From assembly GCF_017305915.1 (NCBI RefSeq), contig NZ_JAFKJN010000032.1:5596-69595 (forward strand): a DNA stretch of 64,000 nt, in the 5' to 3' direction. This DNA comes from Reyranella sp. Its GTDB lineage: Bacteria > Pseudomonadota > Alphaproteobacteria > Reyranellales > Reyranellaceae. The notes beneath the pieces were generated by a model, which ran no database searches, had not been told where the DNA came from, and saw only the letters and a list, made by a program, of their open reading frames with translations. The translations under genes were made by a program, and so were the position numbers. Below are positions 1-7,567 of this stretch, in pieces (position 1 is the first letter of the stretch; each line of letters begins with the position of its first letter).

Positions 1-882
1 CTCCGCCACACCGCAATCGGCCTCAACTTCATCGACGTCTACACCCGCTCGGGCCTCTACAAGACGCCGCTGCCCAACGCGGTGGGCCGCGAGGGCGCCG
101 GCGTGATCGTCGAGGTGGGCCCCAAGGTCAAGGGCTTCAAGAAGGGCGACCGCGTCGCCTATTGCGGCGAGCTCGGCGCCTACTGCCAGGAGCGCCTGAT
201 CGGCACCGAGCAACTGGTGAAGGTGCCGAAGGGCGTGAGCGACGAGCAGGCCGCGGCGATGATGCTGAAGGGCATGACCACCGAGTACCTGGTCGACCGC
301 ACCATCAAGCCGTGGGTCAAGAAGGGCGACATCGTCCTGTTCCATGCTGCGGCCGGCGGCGTCGGCCTGCTGTTCGGCCAGTGGGCCAAGGCGCGCGGCT
401 ACAAGGTGATCGGCACCGTGTCGTCGCCGGAGAAGGCCGCGCTCGCCAAGAAGCACGGCTACAAGTGGGTGATCGACTACACCAAGCAGAACATCGTCGA
501 GGAGGTGATGAAGATCACCAAGGGCAAGAAGGTCCCGGCAGTGGTCGACGGCGTCGGCAAGGACACCTGGGAAGCCTCGCTCGACTGCCTGCAGCCGCGC
601 GGCATCATGGCCTCGTTCGGCAACGCCTCGGGCCCGGTGCCGCCGCAGTCGATCGCGATCCTCAACGCCAAGGGCTCGCTCTACCTGACGCGGCCGAGTC
701 TCGGCGCCTACACCTCGACCCGCAAGGATCTCGAGGCGTCGGCCAATTCGCTGTTCAAGATGGTCAAGAGCGGCAAGGTCAAGATCGCCATCGACCAGCG
801 CTATCCGCTGGCCGAGGCGGGACAGGCGCATGCCGACCTCGAGAGCCGCAAGACCACCGGACAGACCATCCTCATTCCGTGA
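1..882 (+). CDS. qor: NADPH:quinone oxidoreductase (MDR / zinc-type alcohol dehydrogenase superfamily), 5' end cut by window edge
   Basis: Frame 1 is open from nt 1 (LRHTAIGLNFIDVYTRSGLYKTPLP...) and runs into ORF 82..882. HAAAGGVGLL NAD(P)-binding glycine motif. Qor-like over the whole length. Confidence 0.9.
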   Translation, partial: LRHTAIGLNFIDVYTRSGLYKTPLPNAVGREGAGVIVEVGPKVKGFKKGDRVAYCGELGAYCQERLIGTEQLVKVPKGVSDEQAAAMMLKGMTTEYLVDRTIKPWVKKGDIVLFHAAAGGVGLLFGQWAKARGYKVIGTVSSPEKAALAKKHGYKWVIDYTKQNIVEEVMKITKGKKVPAVVDGVGKDTWEASLDCLQPRGIMASFGNASGPVPPQSIAILNAKGSLYLTRPSLGAYTSTRKDLEASANSLFKMVKSGKVKIAIDQRYPLAEAGQAHADLESRKTTGQTILIP

Positions 883-888
883 CATCAG

Positions 889-1060
889 TTCCTCCCCTTC
901 GCGGAGACCGCGAAGGGGAGGTGCCGGCGTCAGAGCGCTTTTCGTGCTTCGCTCGAAAACGCGTGGCCGGCGGAGGGGTCATGAGCCAGTTCGTCGTGGC
1001 CCATGACCCCGCCGTCGCCGTATGACGGCGACACCTCCCCGGCGGAGCTGGGGGAGGAGG
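889..1060. repeat. composite palindromic intergenic repeat, five consecutive hairpins (family A, copy 1)
   Basis: Hairpins: cctccccttcgcgg/ccgcgaaggggagg (891-921), gccggc...cttttcg...cgaaaa...gccggc (923-971), gaggggtcatgagcc/ggcccatgacccc (973-1010), gtcgccgt/acggcgac (1013-1032), ctcccc/ggggag (1035-1057). Confidence 0.85.
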
Positions 1061-1074
1061 GAGAAGTAGCGATC

Positions 1075-1737
1075 GTGGTGATCGTCGGACTCACCGGCTC
1101 CATCGGCATGGGCAAGTCGACCGCAGCGAAGATGCTGCGGTCGATGGGTGTGCCCGTCTACGACGCGGATGCCACGGTGCATCGCCTGCAGGCGCCGGGC
1201 GGGCTCGCCCTGCCGCCGATCGAGGCGGCGTTCCCGGGCGTGGTGAAGAACCGCGTGCTCGACCGCCAGGCGTTGGGCGCGCGCGTTTTCGGCGACAAGG
1301 AAGCGCTGCGCCGGCTCGAGGCGATCGTCCATCCGCTGGTCCAGCAGCAGCAGCGGCTGTTCGTGCGCCGCGCGGCGCTGCGCGGCGCCCCGATGGTGGT
1401 GCTCGACATCCCGCTGCTGTTCGAGGGCCTGGGCGAGCGCCGGGTCGACGGCGTGCTGGTGGTGAGCGCGCCTGCTTTCCTGCAGCGCCAGCGCGTGATG
1501 GCGCGGCCCGGCATGACGGCGGAGAAATTTGCCGGCATCCTGCGCCTGCAAGTCCCCGACGCAGTCAAGCGCCGCAAGGCGACCGTGGTGATCCCGACCG
1601 GCCTCGGCCTGGCCCCGACGCGGACCGCGCTCGCCAAGGCGGTGCGGTCACTGAAGAAGAAGCGCGGCCATTCGTGGCCATCCAACCCGTGGCGCGATCG
1701 ATTCACAGCCCGGCTTGCGCGCGCGCGGCGCAAATGA
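1075..1737 (+). CDS. coaE: dephospho-CoA kinase
   Basis: P-loop GLTGSIGMGKST lies right after the proposed GTG 1075, which is preceded by GGAGGAGGGAGAAG. DADATVH and IVHPLV motifs are present. The longer ATG 1003 of the ORF track lies inside the upstream palindromic repeat, so the start is uncertain. Confidence 0.85.
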   Translation: MVIVGLTGSIGMGKSTAAKMLRSMGVPVYDADATVHRLQAPGGLALPPIEAAFPGVVKNRVLDRQALGARVFGDKEALRRLEAIVHPLVQQQQRLFVRRAALRGAPMVVLDIPLLFEGLGERRVDGVLVVSAPAFLQRQRVMARPGMTAEKFAGILRLQVPDAVKRRKATVVIPTGLGLAPTRTALAKAVRSLKKKRGHSWPSNPWRDRFTARLARARRK

Positions 1738-1751
1738 GCTAAAAGGAGTCG

Positions 1752-2438
1752 ATGCGCGAGATCGTCCTCGACACCGAAACCACCGGCCTCGATCCGCTGG
1801 CCGGCCATCGCGTGGTCGAGGTCGGCTGCATCGAGCTCGTGAACATGGTCGCGACGGGCCGCACCTTCCACGCCTACTTCAATCCCGAGATGCTGATGCC
1901 GGCCGGCGCGCAGGACGTGCACGGCCTCAGCGACGAATTCCTGGCCGACAAGCCGCGCTTCGCTGAGCGCGTCGAGGAATTCCTGGAGTTCGTCGGCGAT
2001 GCGCAGCTCGTGATCCACAACGCGCAGTTCGACATCGGCTTCCTCAACGCCGAGCTCGAGCGCTGCAGCAAGGCCAAGCTCGCCAACGCCTATGTCGACA
2101 CCGTGTCGGTGGCGCGCAAGAAGTTCCCCGGCCAGCGCGCCAGCCTCGACGCGCTGTGCGAGCGCTTCGGCATCGACAATTCCAGCCGCACCAAGCACGG
2201 CGCGCTGCTCGACTCCGAGCTGCTGGCCGAGGTCTATCTCGAGCTGAGCGGCGGCCGCCAGCGCGACCTCGGCCTGGCGCCCGAGATGGTGGCACGCGCC
2301 GCGGCGGGCCTGGCGCTCGCCGCCGGCGCCGTCATCCGCGCCGCGCGCCCGCACATCGCCGGCGCCGCCGAGCTTGCCGCCCACGCCGCGTTCCTCGCCA
2401 AGCTCAGCGATCCGCTCTGGCTGAAAGCCGAGAGCTGA
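1752..2438 (+). CDS. dnaQ: DNA polymerase III subunit epsilon (3'-5' proofreading exonuclease)
   Basis: Exo motifs MREIVLDTETTGLDP, HNAQFDIGFLN and HGALLDSELLAEVYLEL. AAGGAG RBS upstream of the ATG. Confidence 0.95.
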   Translation: MREIVLDTETTGLDPLAGHRVVEVGCIELVNMVATGRTFHAYFNPEMLMPAGAQDVHGLSDEFLADKPRFAERVEEFLEFVGDAQLVIHNAQFDIGFLNAELERCSKAKLANAYVDTVSVARKKFPGQRASLDALCERFGIDNSSRTKHGALLDSELLAEVYLELSGGRQRDLGLAPEMVARAAAGLALAAGAVIRAARPHIAGAAELAAHAAFLAKLSDPLWLKAES

Positions 2439-2442
2439 CGCC

Positions 2443-3432
2443 ATGCGGAGCCGCCTGACCGCGGTCCTCTCCGCTTTCCTGATCCTTGCCGGCTGCCAGC
2501 CGCAGCAGCCGCCGACCACCGCCGCGCCGACCACCACCGCGCCGACCACCACCGCACCGACCGGCATCGGCCTGCCGGCGCTGGAAGGCGCGCGCCGCTA
2601 CGACGCCGCGATCGAGCCGGCCGAGGAACCCCGCACGGTGCGCAGCGTGCGGCCGCCGCGTGCGGTGCCGCCCGCGCAGCCCAGCGAGCGAGAGCGCCTG
2701 GCGATCGCGGCCTGGGAGAAGGAGGAGGCCGCCGCGCGCCGCTCGCCGCTCACCGTCCTGCCGCCGACGCGCACCCGCAGTCCGCTGGCCATACCGGGCG
2801 ATGACGGCGCGCTGCCGCAGCCTGCCGGCGAGCGTTGGCAGGGCGAGAGGCGTCCGGCCAGCGAGCGGGCGGTCCCGTCCTCGACCGGCGGCCGCGCCGA
2901 GGCGCCGAACGTCGCCGAGACGCCGTCGCGAGCGGCCTCGCCACCGCCCGCAGCGCCGCCGCCCACACAACAGGCAGTGCCCGCGCCGGCATCGCCGCCT
3001 CCCCCTCCAGCGCCGTCGGTAAAGCAGGCCGAGACCGCCCCCCCGCCGCCGCCCGCGCCACCGCCGGCTGCGCAGCCGCCTCCGCAGACCGCGACGGCAG
3101 CCGCGGCCGAGCCACGGCGCCAGCCGCCGGACGGGCCGCCGCTCACCACCGTGATCTTCGCACCGCGCTCGGCCAATCTTTCGGAAGATGCCCGCTTCGC
3201 GCTCGGCTTCTTCGCCCAGGATCCCAAGACGCAGCGCCTGCGCCGCATCGAATTGTGGGCCAGCGCCAGCGCCGCCGATCCGGTCGATGCCGGCAAGATC
3301 GCCTTCGCCCGCGCGCTCGCGGTGCACGCCTTCTTGATCGACATGGGCGTCAAGGCCGACATCGCGATCGCCGGCTATTCCGAAGCCGGCGGCGGCGGCT
3401 CACCGGACCGCGTCGATGTGATGACGCGCTAG
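2443..3432 (+). CDS. proline/threonine-rich lipoprotein with weak OmpA/MotB-like C-terminal domain
   Basis: Signal peptide with LAGC lipobox (MRSRLTAVLSAFLILAGC). Long low-complexity P/A/T region. C-terminal ~100 aa (LRRIELWASAS...ARALAVHAFLIDMGVKADIAIAGYSE) resembles the OmpA-like fold pattern only loosely. Confidence 0.7.
   Translation: MRSRLTAVLSAFLILAGCQPQQPPTTAAPTTTAPTTTAPTGIGLPALEGARRYDAAIEPAEEPRTVRSVRPPRAVPPAQPSERERLAIAAWEKEEAAARRSPLTVLPPTRTRSPLAIPGDDGALPQPAGERWQGERRPASERAVPSSTGGRAEAPNVAETPSRAASPPPAAPPPTQQAVPAPASPPPPPAPSVKQAETAPPPPPAPPPAAQPPPQTATAAAAEPRRQPPDGPPLTTVIFAPRSANLSEDARFALGFFAQDPKTQRLRRIELWASASAADPVDAGKIAFARALAVHAFLIDMGVKADIAIAGYSEAGGGGSPDRVDVMTR
2512..2562 (+). repeat. 15-bp in-frame tandem repeat (3.4 copies) inside the proline-rich lipoprotein gene
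   Basis: ccgaccaccgccgcg / ccgaccaccaccgcg / ccgaccaccaccgca / ccgacc, encoding PTTAA-PTTTA-PTTTA-PT. Confidence 0.9.
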
Positions 3433-3507
3433 CTTATCCCCCGAGGATTGTGCGGCCGGCGCGCGGCGACCGGTAAACGCTTGCTATCGTCGTGGCGAGG
3501 GGGCTGC

Positions 3508-3933
3508 ATGGCGAAGCACCGACTCATCACCGACCTTCACCTGATCCTGCGCGACGGCGGCAGGGTGCTGCTCGGCCTGAGGCAGAACACGGGCTTTTCC
3601 GACGGCCTGTATCATCTGCCGGCGGGGCATCTGGAGCCCGACGAGACGATCGTCGCCGGCGCCGCGCGCGAGGCCAAGGAAGAGCTCGGCATCGACATCG
3701 CGCCCGGCGATCTCGACCTCGTGCACACCATGCATCTTCGCGAAGAACGGCTGTCGCTGTTCTTCGAGGTGCGCGGCTGGTCGGGCGAGATCAGCAACGC
3801 CGAGCCCGACAAGTGCGCCGCGCTCGCCTGGTTTCCCTTCGACGGATTCCCGGAGAACTTCGTGGCCTACGCCCGGGCGGCGCTCGAGCGCATCCGGGAC
3901 GGCCAGCGCGTCAGCACATTCGGCTGGGAATAG
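3508..3933 (+). CDS. NUDIX hydrolase
   Basis: Nudix box GHLEPDETIVAGAAREAKEELGI. ATG 3508 (MAKHRLITDLHLIL) chosen over the longer ORF start 3448. Confidence 0.85.
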   Translation: MAKHRLITDLHLILRDGGRVLLGLRQNTGFSDGLYHLPAGHLEPDETIVAGAAREAKEELGIDIAPGDLDLVHTMHLREERLSLFFEVRGWSGEISNAEPDKCAALAWFPFDGFPENFVAYARAALERIRDGQRVSTFGWE

Positions 3934-4130
3934 ACGGCCTCAGGCTTGCCCGACCTGTGGAGACTTGGCAGCGGATTTGGGCTTCTCGAGTCCGTGCGCA
4001 ATTGGCACTGCGCAGGCCCTGGGCTTCGCGGCTTCGCCGCGACTCGCGTTCTCCGACGCAGCCGGAAAACGCTCAAGCGACGGAGCGTCGCCTAGCCCTA
4101 CGGGCCCGCCAGCGCGAGCTTGGCTCGCGC

Positions 4131-4640
4131 TTAAGCGTGCCCGACCTGGCCGGTCGGCGTGCCCGGGATGTTGCCGCCGTTCGCCTCGAGCTGCTGGCGA
4201 TAGAGGGCGACGAAGTCGACCGGCGCGATGTTGAGCGGCGGGAAGCCGGCCTCGCGGGTGGCGTTGGCCACGATCGCGCGGGCGAACGGGAAGAGCAGCC
4301 GCGGCGTCTCGATCAGCAGCAGCGGGCCGAACGCCTCCTGCGGCACGTCGCCCAGGGTGACCGTGCCGGCATAGATCAGCTCGAGCACGAACAGCGGCTC
4401 CTTCTCCGGCGTCGCGGCGTTGGCCTCGATGGTCAGCGTCACCTCGAAGGTCTTGGCCTCGAACTGCTTGGTGGCGACGTTCACGTTGAGCGTGAGCTGC
4501 GGCTGCTTCTGCTCGATCAGGCTCTGCGGCGCCCGCGGGTTCTCGAAGCTCAGGTCCTTGATGTACTGGCCATGGAGGGTGAGCGGGCTGGGCGTCTGCT
4601 GGGGCTGCGGGTTGGGGCCGCCGGGAGGGGGTGTCGACAT
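4131..4640 (-). CDS. secB: protein-export chaperone SecB
   Basis: The last 169 aa of ORF 4131..4985 (LTLHGQYIKDLSFENPRAP...FPPLNIAPVDFVALYRQQ) are typical SecB. Internal ATG at 4640 (MSTPPPGG) gives the usual size. Confidence 0.9.
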   Translation of the reverse strand: MSTPPPGGPNPQPQQTPSPLTLHGQYIKDLSFENPRAPQSLIEQKQPQLTLNVNVATKQFEAKTFEVTLTIEANAATPEKEPLFVLELIYAGTVTLGDVPQEAFGPLLLIETPRLLFPFARAIVANATREAGFPPLNIAPVDFVALYRQQLEANGGNIPGTPTGQVGHA

Positions 4641-4719
4641 GGGCCGGGCCGGTACCATGCAAGGCAGGGCTGCACAAGCCGAAGCGGCGCGGCAATTGCC
4701 AAGCAAGGGCTGCAGCGCG

Positions 4720-5556
4720 ATGATAAAGCCCATGAATTCCGCGCGTTTACGCCCTTTGATCGGCGTCTCGGCCTGCCTCAAGGAGAATGGTCGCGGCGGC
4801 TGGGTCCACAGCGTCGGCGACAAGTACGTACAGGCGGCAATCCGCGCCGTCGGCGGCCTGCCGGTGATCGTGCCGGCCTGCGGCCGCGAGTTCGATGCGA
4901 ATGGCTCGGATGAGGGCATGACCGAGGCGCTCGATCGCCTGCTCGACACCATGGACGGCCTGCTGCTGACCGGCAGTCCCTCCAACGTCGAGCCTCGCCA
5001 CTACGAGGGCGATCCCTCCCGCGAGGGCACCGCGCACGATCCGGCGCGCGATGCGACCACCCTGCCGCTGATCCGGCACGCGATCGACCACGCCGTGCCG
5101 CTGCTCGCGATCTGCCGCGGCGCGCAGGAGGTCAACGTGGCGCTGGGCGGCACCTTGCATCAGCTCGTGCACGAGGTGCCGGGCCGGCGCGACCATCGCT
5201 CGCCCCGGACTCCCGACACCGACACCAACTACTCGATCGCGCACGAGATCGAGATCCTGGAGGGCGGCCTGCTGCAGCGCCTGGTCGGCCAGCACAAGGT
5301 GATGGTGAACTCGCTGCATGCCCAGGGCGTCGACAGGCTGGCGCCGCGCGCCAGGCTCGAGGCCGTGGCCGACGACGGCCAGGTCGAGGCCTTCAGCGTG
5401 CCCGATGCGCCGGCCTTCGCCTTGGCATTGCAATGGCATCCCGAGCATCGCGCGCTCGAGAACCCTGTCTCGATGAAGCTGTTCGATGCCTTCTCCGCCG
5501 CCTGCCACGACCGCGCCCGGCGGCGTCTCGGCCTTCTACGCGCGGCCGCCGAATAG
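4720..5556 (+). CDS. class-I glutamine amidotransferase / gamma-glutamyl-GABA hydrolase family (peptidase C26)
   Basis: Nucleophile elbow LLAICRGAQEVNVALGGTL and histidine in LQWHPE. IGVSAC N-terminus. Start ATG 4720 lies inside the longer ORF 4420..5556. Confidence 0.85.
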   Translation: MIKPMNSARLRPLIGVSACLKENGRGGWVHSVGDKYVQAAIRAVGGLPVIVPACGREFDANGSDEGMTEALDRLLDTMDGLLLTGSPSNVEPRHYEGDPSREGTAHDPARDATTLPLIRHAIDHAVPLLAICRGAQEVNVALGGTLHQLVHEVPGRRDHRSPRTPDTDTNYSIAHEIEILEGGLLQRLVGQHKVMVNSLHAQGVDRLAPRARLEAVADDGQVEAFSVPDAPAFALALQWHPEHRALENPVSMKLFDAFSAACHDRARRRLGLLRAAAE

Positions 5557-5566
5557 AGGTTTCGCC

Positions 5567-6601
5567 ATGGACGGTGGCACCCGCAACAACGCCCGCCGCG
5601 ATTTCTACGAGCGCATCGGCGGCCTCTCGATGGCGCCCTTGTGGGAGTCGCTGCACCAGCTCGTGCCGCCGCAGCCCTCCCCGAAGTACGTGCCGGCGGC
5701 GTGGGACTACGACAAGGTGCGGCCGTTCCTGATGGAGTCCGGCACGCTGATCACCGCCAAGGAGGCGGTGCGGCGCGTGCTGATCCTGGAGAACCCGTCG
5801 ATGCCGGGCAGCGCCTGCATCACGCCGACGCTCTATGCCGGCCTGCAGCTCATCCTGCCGGGCGAGGTGGCGCCGGCGCATCGCCATACGCAGTCGGCGC
5901 TGCGCTTCATCGTCGAGGGCGAGGGCGCCTACACCGCCGTCGACGGCGAGCGCACCATCATGCGCGAGGGCGACTTCGTCATCACCCCGACCTGGACCTG
6001 GCACGACCACGGCAACGATTCGAGCAAGCCGATGGTGTGGCTCGACGGCCTCGACATCCCGCTGGTGGCGATGTTCAACGCCGGCTTCGCCGAGAACGGC
6101 GCCGAGGACGAGCAGGCGGTGACCGCGCCCGAGGGCACGTCCGACGCCAGGTTCGCGAGCGGTTTGCTGCCGGTCGACTGGAAGCCGTCGCGCCAGACCT
6201 CGCCGATCTTCAACTATCCCTATGCGCGCACGCGCGAGGCGCTGGCCGGTCTCGCCAAGGCCGGGCCGCCGGACGCCTGCCACGGCTACAAGCTGCGCTA
6301 CGTCAATCCCGCGAATGGCGGTGCGCCGATCGCCACCATGGGCACCTTCATGCAGCTCCTGCCCGAGGGCTTCGAGAGCGCACCCTACCGCAGCACCGAC
6401 GGCACGGTGTTCTCGGTCGTCGAGGGCGAGGGCGAGAGCACGATCGGCGACAAGACCTTCCGCTGGAAGAAGCGCGACCACTTCGTGGTGCCGAGCTGGG
6501 CGAAGGTCGTGCACAAGGCCAAGGGCGAGGCCGTGCTGTTCTCCTTCTCCGACCGTCCGGTGCAGGAGCGCCTCGATCTTTGGCGCGAGCAGCGCTCCTA
6601 A
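5567..6601 (+). CDS. gentisate 1,2-dioxygenase-like bicupin dioxygenase
   Basis: MAPLWESL...AKEAVRRVLILENP N-terminal pattern. Cupin metal motif HRHTQSALRFIVEGEG...WHDHGN. Second cupin (FSVVEGEGES) follows. Confidence 0.85.
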   Translation: MDGGTRNNARRDFYERIGGLSMAPLWESLHQLVPPQPSPKYVPAAWDYDKVRPFLMESGTLITAKEAVRRVLILENPSMPGSACITPTLYAGLQLILPGEVAPAHRHTQSALRFIVEGEGAYTAVDGERTIMREGDFVITPTWTWHDHGNDSSKPMVWLDGLDIPLVAMFNAGFAENGAEDEQAVTAPEGTSDARFASGLLPVDWKPSRQTSPIFNYPYARTREALAGLAKAGPPDACHGYKLRYVNPANGGAPIATMGTFMQLLPEGFESAPYRSTDGTVFSVVEGEGESTIGDKTFRWKKRDHFVVPSWAKVVHKAKGEAVLFSFSDRPVQERLDLWREQRS

Positions 6602-6608
6602 CGTCACC

Positions 6609-6705
6609 CACCTCCCCCGTCTTCCGGGGGGGAGGCCGGGAGGGGGAGAGCAACAGTCGTGCTGCCTTCCCCCTCCTGTATCCTCCCCCGTATGACGGGG
6701 AGGAC
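6609..6705. repeat. palindromic intergenic repeat related to family A (three hairpins)
   Basis: cctccccc..gggggagg (6611-6635), ggagggggag..cttccccctcc (6641-6677), tcctccccgt-atg-acggggagga (6681-6704). Confidence 0.75.
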
Positions 6706-7310
6706 TAAGGGAGCCAGCCCATCTCCTTCGCCTGGTCGCGGAAGCTCTTGCTCACCGGCACCTTGAGGCCGTTGCGCAGGACCAGCAGCGTCCGTGTGCC
6801 GGCGCGCTCGGGCGCCGTCACCGCGCCGTCGGCCACCCACCACGAGCGGTGCACCTGCCGGCCGCGCTTGTGGCCGAGCTCGGCGAGGGCATCGCGCAGG
6901 CGCAGCAGGATCAGGTCGCTGCCGACCGCGGTGTGGATGCGCAGGTAGTGGTCCTCCATCTCCAGCGCCAGCAGGTCGCGGCCCAGCGCCGGCGGAATGC
7001 GGCGGAAGAAGTCGGGGCCGGCCTGCGGCAGCTCGGCGACCCGCGCCCGCTCGGCATCGGCCTGGGCATGCAGGCGTTGCTCCGTGAGCAGCCCGATAAG
7101 GACCGAGATCACCACCGTGAGGAAGGCATTGTCCGGATAGATCTCAGGGAAGGCCCGCCAGGGGATCGGCCAGGAGACCCAGCCATGGACCACGATGACG
7201 CCTGCGGTGCTGGGCACCGCCGCCAGCAGGCCGACCGGGGCCATGCGCGCATAGACCGGCCAGCGGTCGATCGGCTCGAGCCGCCCGAACCAGGCGGCCA
7301 GCAGGACCAC
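6705..7310 (-). CDS. LytTR-domain DNA-binding membrane protein (possibly frameshifted, see findings)
   Basis: C-terminal LytTR domain (LALEMEDHYLRIHTAVGSDLILLRLRDALAEL...VHRSWWV...LKVPVSKSF) follows hydrophobic helices. The GTG start given by the ORF track begins in mid-helix. Confidence 0.7.
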   Translation of the reverse strand: MVLLAAWFGRLEPIDRWPVYARMAPVGLLAAVPSTAGVIVVHGWVSWPIPWRAFPEIYPDNAFLTVVISVLIGLLTEQRLHAQADAERARVAELPQAGPDFFRRIPPALGRDLLALEMEDHYLRIHTAVGSDLILLRLRDALAELGHKRGRQVHRSWWVADGAVTAPERAGTRTLLVLRNGLKVPVSKSFRDQAKEMGWLP

Positions 7311-7567
7311 CGCCAGCCAGGTCAGGACGCCGATGGTGGCCGAGGCCCAAGGTGTTGTAGGTGCCGAACGGCCCGGTCACGGCCATCACGACGGCGAGCA
7401 TCAGCACCGCGGGTAGTTGCCAGGGCAGCGATCGGAGATACAGCGATTCGCGCATCGTGAGCCGATGATCCCGGCAGATCGCGAAAAAGGCCAGGCCTTC
7501 CACGCAATCGGGATGGAGCGGCGCGCGCTTACCGCCGATGGTGCGGCCTCCGACGCCGAGGTTCATC

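Noticed and set aside
2404-3327. Arg-rich ORFs (307 aa minus, 178 aa plus) overlapping the proline-rich lipoprotein gene.
   Set aside because: The CCG/CCN-rich proline region is open in several frames. Only the frame with the lipobox signal peptide and a structured C-terminus is credible.
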